Source: Chiloscyllium plagiosum (lineage: Eukaryota). Taken from it: a stretch of DNA of 64,000 nucleotides. A program made the position numbers and the translations under genes. The DNA is taken from NCBI RefSeq assembly GCF_004010195.1, contig NC_057719.1, forward strand, positions 95,696,094 through 95,760,093. Reading direction: 5' to 3'. Position 1 is the first letter of the stretch. Every line of letters starts with the position of its first letter. The notes beneath the pieces are model-generated. The model searched no databases. It was not told the DNA's origin and worked only from the letters and a program-made list of their open reading frames with translations. Of this stretch, positions 12,725 to 25,620 are shown in pieces.

Positions 12725-13641
12725 GAGAGAGATCATCAAACATTTGTCTCATTCATAAAGTCAGGAAGTATGGGATACAGGGAGATTTGGCTATCTGGAT
12801 TCAGAACTGGCTGGCTGTCAGAAGGCAGAGAGTGGTTGTAGATGGAAAGTATTCTGCCTGGAGGACAGTGTTGAGTGGGGTCCTGCAGGGCTCTGTTCTT
12901 GGGCCTCTGCTCTTTGTAGTTTTTATAAATGACTTGGATGAGGAGGTTGAGGGGTGGGTTAGTAGATTTGCAGATGACACAAAGGTTGGAGGTATCATCA
13001 ATAGTATAAAGGGCTATTGCAGGCTGCAGTGTGACATAGACAGGATGCAGAGCTGGGCTGAGAAATGGCGGATGGAGTTCAACCTGGATAACTGCGAAGT
13101 GATGCATTTTGGAAGGTAGAACTCAAATGCTGAATATAGGATTAAAGACTGGATTCTTGGCAGTGTGGAGGACGAGTTTAAGAGCCACGAGGTTTTGCTG
13201 CAGCTCTACAAGTCCCTGGTGAGACCACACTTGGAATATTGTCTCCAGTTCTGGTCACCCTACTATAGGAAAGATACAGAGGCTTTGAAGAGGGTGCAAA
13301 GAAGGTTTACCAGGATGCAACCTGGACCGGAGGGCTTGTCCTATGAATAAGCTCAGACTTTTCTCTCTGGAGAGAAGGAGGGAGAGAGGAGACCTGATCG
13401 AGGTGTACAAAATAATGAGAGGAATAGATCAAGTCAATAGCCAGAGACCTTTCCCCAGGGCAGGATTGACTGGTATGAGGAGTCATAGTTTGAAGATATT
13501 AGGAGGAAGGTATAAAGGAGATGTCAGAGGTAGGTTCTTTACGCAGAGAGTTGTGAATGCATGGAATGCATTGCCAGCGGTGGTGGTGGAACAGAGTCAT
13601 TAGGGACATTTAAGCGACTGCTGGATATGCACATGGACAGC
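12725..13641 (+). mobile_element. CR1 LINE RT fragment lacking 3' tail
   Basis: QGSVLGPLLFVVFINDLD, FADDTK and RPHLEYCLQFWSP motifs. Confidence 0.95.
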
Positions 13642-13654
13642 AGGAGTTGGGGGG

Positions 13655-16600
13655 TTCTAAATTGACCCCCTCTAATTCTAAGGCTGTGCCCACGGGTCCT
13701 AGTCTTCCCTCTTGATGGAAACAATTTCCCAGCATCCAGCCTTTCTAAGCCATGCATTATCTTGTAACTTTCTATTAGATCTCCCCTTAATCTTCTAAAC
13801 TCTAATGAATACAATCCCAGTACTCTCAGCCGTTCATCATATGTTAGGCCTACCATTCCAGGGATCATCCATGTGAATCTCCACTGGATATGCTCCAGTG
13901 CCAGTATGTCCTTCCTGAGGAGTGGGGCCCAAAATTGGACACAGTACTCCAAATGGGGCCTAACTAGAGCTTTATAAAGTCTCAGTAGCACATCGCTGCT
14001 TTTATATTCCAACCCTCTTGAGATAAATGACAACATTACATTTGTTTTCTTAATCATGGACTCAATCTGCAAGTCAAACATTAGAGAATCCTGGACTAGG
14101 ACTCCCAGATCCCTTTGTACTTTGGCTTTATGAATGTTCTGACTGTTTAGAAAGTAGTCCATGCTTGTATTCTTTTTTCCAAAATGCAAGATCTCACATT
14201 TGCTCACTTGAATTCCATCAGCCATTTTCTGGACCACTCTCCTAAACTGTCTAAATCTTTCTGCAGCCTCTCCACCTCCTCAGTACTACCTAACTTTTTA
14301 ATCATTGACAAACTTCACCAGAATGCCCCCAGTCTCTTCATCCAGATCATTTATATATAAATTGAACAGCTGCTGCCCCAACACAACCCTGCGGGATACC
14401 ACACTTGGGCTGCCATTCTGAAAAAGAACCTTTTATCCCAAATCTCTGCATTCTGTCAGACAGCCAATCCTCAATCCATACCAGTAGCTCACCTCGAACA
14501 CCATGGGCCCTCACCTTGCTCAGCAGCCTCCCGTGAGTCACCTTATCAAAGGCCTTTTAGAAATCTAGACAGATAACATTCACTGGGTTTCCCTGGTCTA
14601 ACCTACTTTTTAAGTCTTCAAAGAATTCTAACAGATTTCTCAGGCATGGCCTCCCTTTACTAAATACATGCTGCCTTGTTCTAATCCGACAGTGCACTTC
14701 CAAGAATTTAGAAATCTCATCCTTACCGATCGATTCTAGAATTTTACCAACAACCAAGGTTAGGCTAATTGGCCTATAATTTTCCATCTTTTGTCTTGAT
14801 CCTTTCTTGAACAAGTGGGTTACAACCGCGACTTTTCAATCATCTGGGACCTTCCCTGACTCCAGTGATTTTTTAAAAGATCACAACCAACGCCTCCGCT
14901 ATTTCCTCAGCCACCTCCCTCTGAACTCTAGGATGTAGTCCATCGGAGCCAGGAGATTTATCAATTTTTAGACCTTTTAGCTTTTCTAGCACTTTCCTTT
15001 TTGTAATGGTTACCATACTCAACTCTGCTCCCTGACTCTCCTTAATTGTTGGGATATTACTCATGTCTTCCACTGTGAAGACTGAAGCAAAGTATTTATT
15101 AAGTTCTTCAGCTATTTCTTATCTCCCATCATTAGCCTTCCAGGAGCAGCCCAATGACTACTTATGCCTCTAATTTGTCTCTTATGTATTGAAAGAAACT
15201 TTTACTATCATTTCTAATATTACTGGCTAGCCTACCTTCATATTTGATCCTCATCTTCTTTATTTTTCTCTTTGTTATCCACCTTTTGTTTTTGTAGCCT
15301 TCCCAATCTTCCAATTTCCCAGTGCTCTTGGCCATTTTATAGGCTCTCTCTTTTTCTTTGATATATTTCCTGAGTTCCTTTGTCAGCCATGGCTGTCTAA
15401 TCCCCCCCCAACAGATAATCTTTCTTTTCTTTGGGATAAGCCTCTGTGTCCTCAATTACACCCAGAAACTCCTGACATTGTTGCTCTACTGTCTTCCCCG
15501 CTAGGCTTTGCTTCCAGTCGATTTTCATCAGTTCCTCTCTCATGCCCCTGTAATTACCTTTATTTAACTGTAACATCACTACATTGGATTTTGCCTTCTC
15601 TCTTTCAAACTGCAGACTGAACTCTACTTGGTTAGGCCACTGTTGGAATATTGCATGCAATTCTGGTCTCCTTCCTATCGGAAAGATGTTGTGAAACTTG
15701 AAAGGGTTCAGAAAAGATTTACAAGGATGTTGCAGGGTTGGAGGATTTGAGCTTTCAGGTGACGCTGAACAGGCTGGGGCTGTTTTCCCTGGAACGTCGG
15801 AGGCTGAGTGGTGACCTTATAGATGTTTACAAAATTATGAGGGGCATGGATAGGGTAAACAGCCAAACTCTTTTCCCTGCGGCTGGGGAGTCCAGGACTA
15901 GAGGGCATAGGTTTAGGGTGAGAGGGGAAAGATATAAAAGAGACCTAAGGGGCAACGTTTTCACGCAGAAGGTGGTACGTGTATGGAATGAGCTGCTAGA
16001 AGAAGTGGTGGAGGCTGGTACAATTGCAACATTTAAGAGGCATTTGGATGGGTATATGAATAGGAAGGGTTTGGAGAGATATGGGCCGGGTGCTGGTAGG
16101 TGGGACTAGATTGGGTTGGGATATCTGGTCGACATGGATGGGTTGGACCGAAGGGTCTGTTTCCATGCTGTACATCTCTATGACTCTATATTATAAATCG
16201 CTGCCTCCTAAGTGTTCCCTTATTTTAAGATTTTTTATAAAGTCTGGTCCATTACATAGCACTAAATCCAGAATAGCCTGCTCCCTGGTGGGCTCCAACA
16301 TAAGCTGTTCCAAAAAGCCATCCTGTAAGCATTCCATGAATTCCCTTTCTTTGGATCCACCACCAACATTATTCACCCAGTCCACCTGCATGATTTCCAG
16401 CGTCTCTAATAATATCTCGTGAGTTATCCTTCCTTTTCACTTCTTTCGTAGTCGGCCTTGAACTTAAACCTTGCTGCACACCTGCCAACCTGCTGTTTAC
16501 CTTTTATTAACCATCATACTCCTTGTCGTTCTTCCCCCGGCCCCCCGACTCACTGGATTAAAGTCCTATTGATCATTTATCCTTTTTGCTGGAACACTGG

Positions 16601-17050
16601 TTCTAGATTGATTCAGGTGGAGACCGTCTCATTGGTACAGATGTCCCCAGTTCCAAAACTGATGCCAATGCCCCATGAAATGGAGCCCCTCTTTCCCACA
16701 CCACTCCTGTAGCTGTGTTTACTTCCCTAATTTTTCTTATCCCTAGCCAATTTGCACATAGATTGGACAGTGATCCGGAGATTATGACCCTCGAGGACCT
16801 GTTCCTTAGTTTTGTTCCTTGATAATCCGCAAATGGGTCCTCCATCCTACCCTTGCCTATGTTGTTAGTCCTGACGTGGACCACAACAACTGGATCATCC
16901 CCTTCCCGCTCCAATATCCTTTCAAGCCGGCCAGAGATGTCCTGCATCCGGCACCGGGCAGGCGTCACACCATGCAGGACTCCTGACCCGGCTTGCAAAG
17001 GATACTATCTATTCCCCTAATTGTAGAATCCCATATAACTGCCATTTGTC
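13655..17050 (-). mobile_element. CR1 LINE with ORF1 SGNH-esterase remnant and degenerate ORF2; internally deleted and interrupted at 15627-16188
   Basis: ORF2 motifs NYRPISLT, KSPGSDG, LDLVL and HLGGSD. The 16603-16998 frame PVVVVHVRTNNIGK...VIISG is typical of the CR1 ORF1 esterase. Confidence 0.92.
15627..16188 (+). mobile_element. HER1/CR1 3' fragment nested in the minus-strand CR1
   Basis: Very similar to 2517-3121. Tail tctatgactcta; the junction shares ACTCTA with the target. Confidence 0.95.
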
Positions 17051-17139
17051 TTTTGCTGTAGAAAGGGCATCAATCATAAGCCTCCCAATGGCCATTAGTG
17101 CATTGGTAAAAAAGAAAATTCAACAGGCTGGAATTCTTA

Positions 17140-17440
17140 GGAAGTGGGTTCAAATCTCACCATGGAAGCTGATGCAATTTGAAGTTAATGAATAAAATCT
17201 GGAATTTGGTGACCTATGAAATTATCACTAATTGTTATAAGAATCAAAGTAGTTCACTAATGGTCTTTATGTGAGAGGTTATCTGCCATTCTTATCTGGT
17301 CTGACTTACATGTGACTCCAGACCCTCAGCAATATAGTTTTGACACTTACTAAACCTGTTCAGAGCGTCACTAAATATTTTGGGAATGAATAACAAATGC
17401 TGGCATTGTCAATGAAACCCACATTCTAATGAAGAATTTT
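17140..17440 (+). mobile_element. Second tRNA-derived SINE family (diverged)
   Basis: B-box ggttcaaatc and core gacttacatgtgactccagaccc; homologous to 23135 and 49822. Confidence 0.75.
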
Positions 17441-18174
17441 AAAACCAGGAACTATTTAATTTCTAGCCTTTTGTTGTTTCAAATCCCCAGGCAACAAACA
17501 TAAGCATATCTCTGAGAATCTGAGCAGACCATGGAATGATGGAGAGGAAGCATTGATGGCTTTATTTTTGGAATTTTCCCATGACTTTGAACTCCCTACT
17601 CTGACCTCCTAAGCCATTACTGTCATCATGGTTTCCTGCCAGTGTCCGTTTCTTCCTTTTATGTTTCTCTCACAATATACTATTCCACGTTCACCCACTC
17701 CACAAAACGGATATTTGATCCTTTCCTGTTGCCAATAATTAGAGTGCATTTTTTCTGCTACTCTCCATGTGGTCCCACTGGTTGGGTTCTCATATTAAAA
17801 GCTGCCAGCTGTCAGGCGATTGGAGCTAATAGCACATTGCTCAGTGCTCTGCAGTGTTTCTGAAAGTTTGACAAGAATTTCCAGGAATAAAATATTGATC
17901 ATATATAAAATGGGTGACTATAACGTGGATTTATCAATCAACAAAAATGTGTAAAAGCCGCTGCTGGAGTAGTGTGTGTGGCTGGTAAAGCACTGGACTT
18001 TCAACATAACGAAGGTCTAAAACATGACCGGTGTCCTCAATATCCGCAGGTGGGGAGGTTTGTGCACTTTGTGGGGAATAGCAAAAAGGCAGCCCCATTT
18101 CACATCTCCCCCAATAATTACTATTTATTTAAAGTTACCTTTTACCACGTCTCATTGCTGAGTTGCTCTCGTAC

Positions 18175-18703
18175 TGTCACAAAGCTAGTCCCTTTTTTTT
18201 TCCTAAAAGCTGTTCCGTAGCTCGACGAGACTCTGTTTTGATGTTTTTCGGAGGGGCGATAAACCGTGCCAACCTGAATTTGGATGCGCTTGTGCATGTT
18301 TGCATGTTTATAGTGAGTGTGTTTAGACTACTAACCGGGTTTTGAAGGGTTAAAATGAAGCCATCTTTAGATTTTGATGGTCCATTTTTTTTTTAAGGGG
18401 GGAGAGTCACAAAGCTGGTCCCTTTTTTTCTGTAAGCTGTTCCTTGGCTCAAGTAGACTCTGTCCTTGATTTTTTTCAGAGAAGCAAAAAACCAGGCCAG
18501 GCTTCAATTGCTCTGGTTTGGTACAGAGATGAAAAGGATTTTGGAAGGCCTTTTGTATATATCTGAACAGATGAGATTTCAGGCCAAAGTTGTCATGTTT
18601 TAGAAGTGAGCTGTGTAAAGAAAGGAGAGTGGTCAGCCCTTTAGCTGAGCTGAGCAGTTTAGTTCAGTATGAACTCGTAAGGAGTTCAAGAGTGAGCTGT
18701 GTG

Positions 18704-18734
<31 letters not shown>

Positions 18735-19034
18735 GTCCCTTCAACTTCAACCTGTAAGCATGTGCTTCATTTACACTGGGTTTTAAAGGGAGTTTGCTTA
18801 TTGGGACTGATGTGTATATTTTTGGAACAGCATGATTAAGTCTAGTTTGAATAGACTGAGTTCTGTAGGGGTTCTTTATTCTGTTCTTTGTGTTTCATTG
18901 TGTAATTTTGTGAATAAAGTTTTGTCTATTTTAAACTCTAGTAGTCAATCTCCACTTACTGAAACAAATTGCAAAGTTATGGTCTGAGCTGCAAGCTTAA
19001 GAATGTTTTAAGTGGTCTGGCCTAGTCCATAACG
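18175..19034 (+). mobile_element. Solo LTR (~860 bp) with 4-bp TSD GTAC
   Basis: Starts TGTCAC and ends CATAACG (CA changed to CG); GTAC at 18171-18174 and 19035-19038. AATAAA at ~18914, an internal ~80-bp direct repeat (18176 and 18406), and (CT)n at ~18708-18735. Confidence 0.75.
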
Positions 19035-19554
19035 GTACCCACTGACTGTCTGTGGGGCATACATTGTACTGTTCACTGGTCTAGACACCTGTACAGCTGC
19101 AGATGAAAAGTCAGAGCTGGGTTGGACCTAATGACCCTAAAACCATTTTCCTATCACTTCACTCTACTGCTCTGTCCTTTGCTAACAATGGATGATCCTC
19201 ACCCACACTCTAACCCTTAGGAAATAGCAGCAGTTCCTGATTGAAGACTTTCGAACCAGTTACTTATGGAGTGTATTCCACACTGACACCTCACCTCTAC
19301 CAGACTAATGAGGAGTCACCTAAAACAGGTATTGTTTCCCTTCTGCCTGCACAAGGCATTTCAGGTTTCGTTTTTCTGGTCCCCTCACCCCCCACCCATT
19401 TCTTTCTGGTTAATGAAAAACTGGAGTTGAATTTGTCAAGGACCCAGAGCTCAATCAGAAGGCTGGATGCTTAACAGCATTACCAGGAGATGTGGTCACT
19501 GCTGAGATCGCAGGAGGGCTTGGCCTGAAAATTAGAATTAAAAAAGTCTCTATC

Positions 19555-20082
19555 AGTTTATCCACCTCCAGTGGAATGCCACCATCAGACACATATTCCC
19601 CTCCCCTCCTTTGTCCAACTTTCACAGAGACCATTCCCTCCAGGACACCCTGGTCCATGTCTCCTCCACTCCCAGCATCCCATCCCCACAACAGCCCCAT
19701 GGTACCTTTGCCTGTGACCATCGAATGTGTAACACCTGTCCATTTACTTCCTCCCTCCTCACTATCCAAGGCCCCAGACACACCTTCCAGGTAAAACAGT
19801 GCTTTATCTTCACTTGCAGATTTCCTTTCTCCCTGATTTATTATTATGCATCCCTTTGTCTGCCTAACTGCTGTTCTCTCCCTCTGAGCTCCATCTCGCC
19901 TGTTACTTACCACTTTAGCACACACCCCCTTCCCCTGATCCCTGTCTTCAGGATAAATGCCAACTCTTTCCTGGCTATTATCGATTTTGAAGAAGGGTCA
20001 CTGGACCCGAAATGTTAACTCTATTTTCTCTCCACAGATGCTTCCAGACCGTTGAGTTTCTCCAGCAATTTCTGTTTTTGTT
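19555..20082 (+). mobile_element. PLE (Neptune-like) 3' fragment: Cys-rich region preceding GIY-YIG, plus pLTR with degenerate hammerhead
   Basis: GTFACDHRMCNTCPFTSSLLTIQGPRHTFQVKQ resembles the Cys-rich linker ahead of the GIY-YIG endonuclease. Motif ttgaagaagggtcactggacccgaaatgtt at ~19987-20017 is in the sense orientation. Confidence 0.85.
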
Positions 20083-20440
20083 GAATATAAACCATAGAGC
20101 ACAGTGACAAAGAGGAAATCCCTCTTGTGAAATCATTGAGGTCCCAGGATCTGTCTTCACTGCCTACAGTTCCCTTCACTATTACCACACACCCACCTTA
20201 CCAGGTTGCTGCTTGAGAGTGTCTCCTTTTATGTTGCAATACACACAGCATAGTCAGCAGAAAATACTGGCGCCATCAAGAATGACTCTTAATTGGCCTG
20301 CAACATACGGAAACTGTCTCCTGTCTCCTTGGAGTGGACCAACCTGTCCACGTCCAGTCGAGATTGTCAATACAACACCCTAATGGTGGGACTACAAGCC
20401 AACACAACTCCATTGATGTGCTCTGCCTCATGGTCAGTAT

Positions 20441-20570
20441 GGAGAAAGTGAGGACTGCAGATGCTGGAGATCAGATTCCTGAAGAAGGGCTCATGCCTGA
20501 AACGTCGATTCTCCTGCTCCTTGGATGCTGCCTCACCTGCTGGACTTTTCCAGCAACATATTTTCAGCTC
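20441..20570 (+). mobile_element. PLE pLTR insertion with inverted 5' segment and hammerhead motif
   Basis: 15-bp TSD ctcatggtcagtatg (20427-20441 / 20568-20582). 20441-20474 is an antisense pLTR end, followed by attcctgaagaagggctcatgcctgaaacgtc. Confidence 0.9.
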
Positions 20571-21748
20571 ATGGTCAGTATGTCAGTATGCCTTTAAGAC
20601 AGACACTCATGATATCATCACTGCATCAAATCATACTCCAACTCAGTTCAAATCACTGTGAAGTACGACAGTTTATAGGAAGCAAACTGCTCTGTTATAA
20701 ACTAAAAGCTCAGGGACCTTTGTGACCCAGGAATGTAATGTTTGTACACAGTTGTGTACCAAATATCTTTTGGATTCTTCAATATCACAATATCTATGCC
20801 CAGATGTTTTACATTGTAGAAGTTAACGTCAGCATTAACACATTAAGTGAAATTACCCTGTCAGAGGTAAAATCACATCATGTTAACAATTGTGATTGTC
20901 TGGAAAATAATCCAATAACTTGGTAATAGGGATTTAGAACCCTAATTGAAAACCAAGGGACAACGGATTTGGCGATACAAACCTATCAGGCGTGAGTTAT
21001 TAGGCCTGTGCTACCATTCAATAATATAACAAGCAACCGTTCAGTTAATAAGAATCTCTCCACCCTTGCCTTAACCATTCTCAAAGACTCTGCTTCCACC
21101 ACCTTCTCAGGAAGTTAGTTCTAAAGATTCAGGACAGTCTAATAGAAACAAAATCACCTAATGGCTGTTTTAAATTGGCAGTGCCTGACTTTTTCTAACA
21201 GTGATGCCCCGGTTCTACATTCTCTTACATCTCAGCACATCTGCCCTGGAGTTAGATGTTACCTCTTACTCTTTCAAACTCCAGAAGATACGTTCTCGGA
21301 ACTGCCACCATTGCAGTTATATTGCTCCTTAAGAGAGGTTAGCAGCACTGGGCACAGTACAAATCTCACCAGTGACCTGTATAACTGAGGCATAGGCCTC
21401 CATAAGTTTGTATTCCATTCTCTTCATGGTAATTATTATGCTTCTATTAGCTTTCCTAATATCTCATTGTTCCTGCATGATAATATTTTGTGAATCATAG
21501 TCCTAGAGAATTCAGACAAAGCCAGAGTTCATCATCCTTAACAGCACTGGTTTCTGTGAGTACAGATAGTGATACTGATCTGCTGCTACAGCATTAACCA
21601 CAAAGGAAACAAATCTAATTTATTTTTCATTAGAATACAAGTTCTTTCAAGACAAAATAAATTTCTATTATCTTAATTTTTTTTTTAAATCTCAAGATGA
21701 AAGGCTGCAATGTATGTTTGAGCTGGAACAGTCACGATGCAAGACAAT

Positions 21749-22500
21749 GGTCCATCGCTGACTGTTGATACATTAGTGATAGTTTCTCAAAGGAGCAACT
21801 GCAGAATCCATGTACCCATCTGCCCTCTTACAGACTGGGCATCCAGCATGGACCCTGCTGAATTATGACACGTCAAACAAGGTAAGCAACTCTACTTTGT
21901 CCATCCAGCAATAGATAATCCAGAGAAAATACCTCTAAACATCTTGTTTGCCATTGGCAAAGGGGAGCTTTGCAGAATTAACGCATCCAATCATTACACA
22001 TGATTACAGATGATCAGAAAGGTCCAGAAGAAATAATGAAGGATCTTAAAAGATCAGCTCAAGATAAGAATTAACCTCAGGAATAATAGACTCCAATTCG
22101 TATTGTGCATACAGCAAACCCCGTGAATCTTCAGCTGTTTGTCAGAAGATGCTGCAGCACAGGGACATGTGTGACTTTTCCAAAGTGGAATTGTCAGAGA
22201 GGATCACTGAGACAGTCAACACCTTTACACCAATCACCTTTACACCAATCAAAACCATTATCAAGACTATTGTAACAAGAACATGAGCTATACCATTGCT
22301 GTATAACTTGGAAAAGGGCATATGAACAAAGCCATAGGGGCAAGACAACAATAATCCAATATGATTGCTATAGTCAACAAACTGACACAATCTGTAAACG
22401 ATGCAGCTTGTTGCAGCTATCCAAGAGCTTTCCAACTGTTTGTTACTGTTTGTAAAACCTGTGACACCAAGACACTTTGTCACATGTTCAGGAAATCTAG
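21749..22500 (+). mobile_element. Decayed Gypsy gag with possible tRNA-Tyr-like PBS
   Basis: Broken frames give DNPEKIPLNILFAIG..., DQLKIRINLRNNRLQF... and CDFSKVELSERITE, all gag-like. TGGTCCATCG after ...ACA resembles the PBS TGGTCCTTCG. Confidence 0.6.
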
Positions 22501-23134
22501 TTCCAAAAGCCTAACCAGACCCTAAAACAAAACATGAGTGACTAAGGAGATAGTAAACACCAGTAACAAGGGAAGTGTTCAAAAAGGTGCAAAAACACAA
22601 ACACTTCAATGAGGTTCTGATTCTATCAAACAAAACACAAGTTTTAGAAGGAGAACCAAGCTTTCCATATTATTAACCTCATCCACCATTTTGTCTGCAT
22701 TCATTAAATTCAGTCCAATATCCTAATTAGCAAGGCTCAGTGGCAGAATGAAGAAAACATGACCTAATAAGCATCAGTCAAGATACTTAGATTCTAGAAA
22801 CTAGACATTAGTTTTAAAACATATTTTATGCCTGTCAGCACATCTGCTCCTTACGGAGTGGACTCTTCAATCTGAGTGCACTGAATGCTACCTATTCTCA
22901 TTTCCACTTCACAGTATAGAACGTGATACAATGACAAACAGCATGGATGTAATATTAAATCCATCTGCAGGGAGATAATATGTTGTGTTGACCATTTTAA
23001 ATGTTTTTTGTTTAATTGCACTTGGCAACCAAATGAGCATAGCTTTTTCAAGTAAAGAATCAAAATCAAGTGAATTAAAAGTGCATAATTAGTGCTGAGA
23101 AATGAATATATATTCTAGTAAACAGTTCAGAAGC

Positions 23135-23445
23135 TGATGCCATAGTGGTATTATTGCTGGACAATTAATCTGGAGACCCAGGTTCGAATCTTACCACACC
23201 AGATGGTGGACTTTGAATCCAATAATTATCTGGATTTAAGAGTTTAATGATGACCAAGAATCCATTGCCAATTGTTAGGAAGAGGGCAGCTGGATCACTA
23301 AAGTCCTTCAGGGAGTGTAACTTACATGTGACTCCAGACCCACAGTATTGTGGCTGACTCTTAACTGCCCTCTGGGGTAATTAGGGATGAGCAGTGAGTG
23401 TTGGCCTGACTGGTAATGCCCTGATCCTGTAAATGAGTTTTTAAA
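23135..23445 (+). mobile_element. tRNA-derived SINE (second family)
   Basis: A-box-like catagtggta, B-box ggttcgaatc, and a LINE-like tail ttagggatgagc... Confidence 0.85.
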
Positions 23446-24233
23446 AAATATTAGTTATGATTTTATTCATCATACATTGAGATTTCAGTCATAAGTAGGA
23501 CATAGGCACTAGATAGTCACTGTTAATTTGGTAAAACAGATCATCCTTGATCCGAGGTTATAGATATAGTGCAACTCGGGATAGATCATATCTGTTTTCC
23601 TGACAGTCTCTCCTGAGAATCAATTATTACACGATAGATGTTTGCCAAGAGAGCTTGTTCTGCAGTGAACATAACTAGTGAGGCAAATATTTATTGGCTA
23701 TAAAATACTTTGAAAATTTCTGAAAATAATAACAATGTGAGCTAATTGCAGCTTTGTTATTTACTTTAAAATTGGACAAGGAAGTACGAAATATGATTTT
23801 CCGACTTGTGACTGAGACACACTACATTCCAGCAGCCATTGGGTCGGAGATTTGTTCTATAACACATGGCGGATATTCAGGCAGAATCTGAAATGGTACA
23901 ACACCGCAGCAAGGACAGCGAGAGATGAATACTGAGACAAAGTTTCCTCAGGGCCTTGGCAATCAATATTGATGATCTGGCACATAGGGCACCCATTGAC
24001 TGCCACAAGAAGGTGGTCAAGATCAATGAAGGTGGTCAAGATCAATGAATGTGTCCGTGTACACCAAATCCTACCAGCTGCGACACTGGCCTCAGCATTA
24101 CTTCAATTAGCACAGCCCTTGACTCACCAACCAGCACGCTACATCAGCAAGAAACCAAAGCCCCCACACATACACGAGACTGCAGGAGGTGGCACATTCA
24201 AAACTTACAGCTGGAACGTATAGCCATTCAGCA

Positions 24234-25620
24234 ATCGCAGGTATATAACCCAAACACAGTGCAGCTCACTCACTGACACAAACCTCTCTATCACAGGTAC
24301 ATAACACTAACACAGTGCAGCTCACTCACAGACACACACCTCTCTATAGCAGGTACATAACCCAAACACAGTGTAGCTCACTCACTGACACACACCTCAC
24401 TACCACAGGTACATAACCAAACACAGTGCAGCTCACTCACTGACACACACCTCTCTATCGCAGGTACATAACACAAACAAAGAGCAGATCACTCAATGAC
24501 ACACACCTCTCTATCACAGGTACATAACACTAACACCGTGCAGCTCACTCAGTGACACACATCTCTCTAACATAGGTGCATAACACAAACACAGTGCAGC
24601 TCACTCACTGACACACACCTCTCTATCGCAGGCACATAACCCAAACACAGTGCAGCTCACTCCACACCTCTCTATCGCAGGTACATAACCCAAACACAGT
24701 GCAGCTCACTCACTGACACAAACCTCTCCATCACAGGTACATAACACTAACACCGTGCAGCTCACTCAGTGACACACATCTCTCTAACATAGGTGCATAA
24801 CACAAACACAGTGCAGCTCACACACTGACACACACCTCTCTATCGCAGGCACATAACCCAAACACAGTGCAGCTCACTCACTGACACACACCTCTCTATA
24901 GCAGGTACAGAACACAAATACTGTGCAGCTCACTCACTGACACACACCTCTCTATCGCAGGTACATAACCCAAACACAGTGCAGCTCACTCACTGACACA
25001 CACCTCTCTATCGCAGGTACATAACCCAAACACAGTGCAGCTCACTCACTGACACAAACCTCTCCATCACAGGTACATAACACTAACACCGTGCAGCTCA
25101 CTCACAGACGCACACCTCTCTATCACAGGCACATAACCCAAACGCAGTGCAGCTCACTCACTGATACACACCTCTCTATCACAGGAACATAACCCAAACA
25201 CAGTGCAGCTCACTCACGGACACACACCTCCCTATCGCAGGCACATAACCCAAACACAGTGCAGCTCACTCAGTGACACACACCTCCCTATCGCAGGCAC
25301 ATAACCCAAACACAGTGCAGCTCACTCACTGACACACACCTCTCTATCACAGGTGCATAACACTAACACAGTGCAGCTCACTCACTGACACACACCTCTC
25401 TATCACAGGTACATAACCCAAACACAGTGCAGCTCACTCACTGACACACACCTCTCTATCACAGGTGCATAACCCAAACACAGTGCAGCTCACTCACTGA
25501 CACACACCTCTACAGGCACATAACCCAAACACAGTGCAGCTCACTCACTGACACACACCTCTCTATCACAGGCACATAACCCAAACACAGTGCAGCTCAC
25601 TCACTGACACACACCTCTCT
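24234..25620. repeat. 56-bp minisatellite, about 25 copies
   Basis: Unit acataacccaaacacagtgcagctcactcactgacacacacctctctatcacaggt; period 56 (25411 to 25467). Confidence 0.98.

Noticed and set aside
21698..21887. + strand exon with strong donor caag/gtaagc
   Set aside because: The longer version has stops in all frames, and the region is better explained as decayed Gypsy PBS/gag.
24009..24049. Short direct repeats (also ~22219, ~29653, ~38620)
   Set aside because: Two-copy 13-19 bp slippage duplications; common and uninformative.
24234..25620. CRISPR-like array
   Set aside because: Units are contiguous tandem copies with no unique spacers, there are no cas genes, and the context is eukaryotic.
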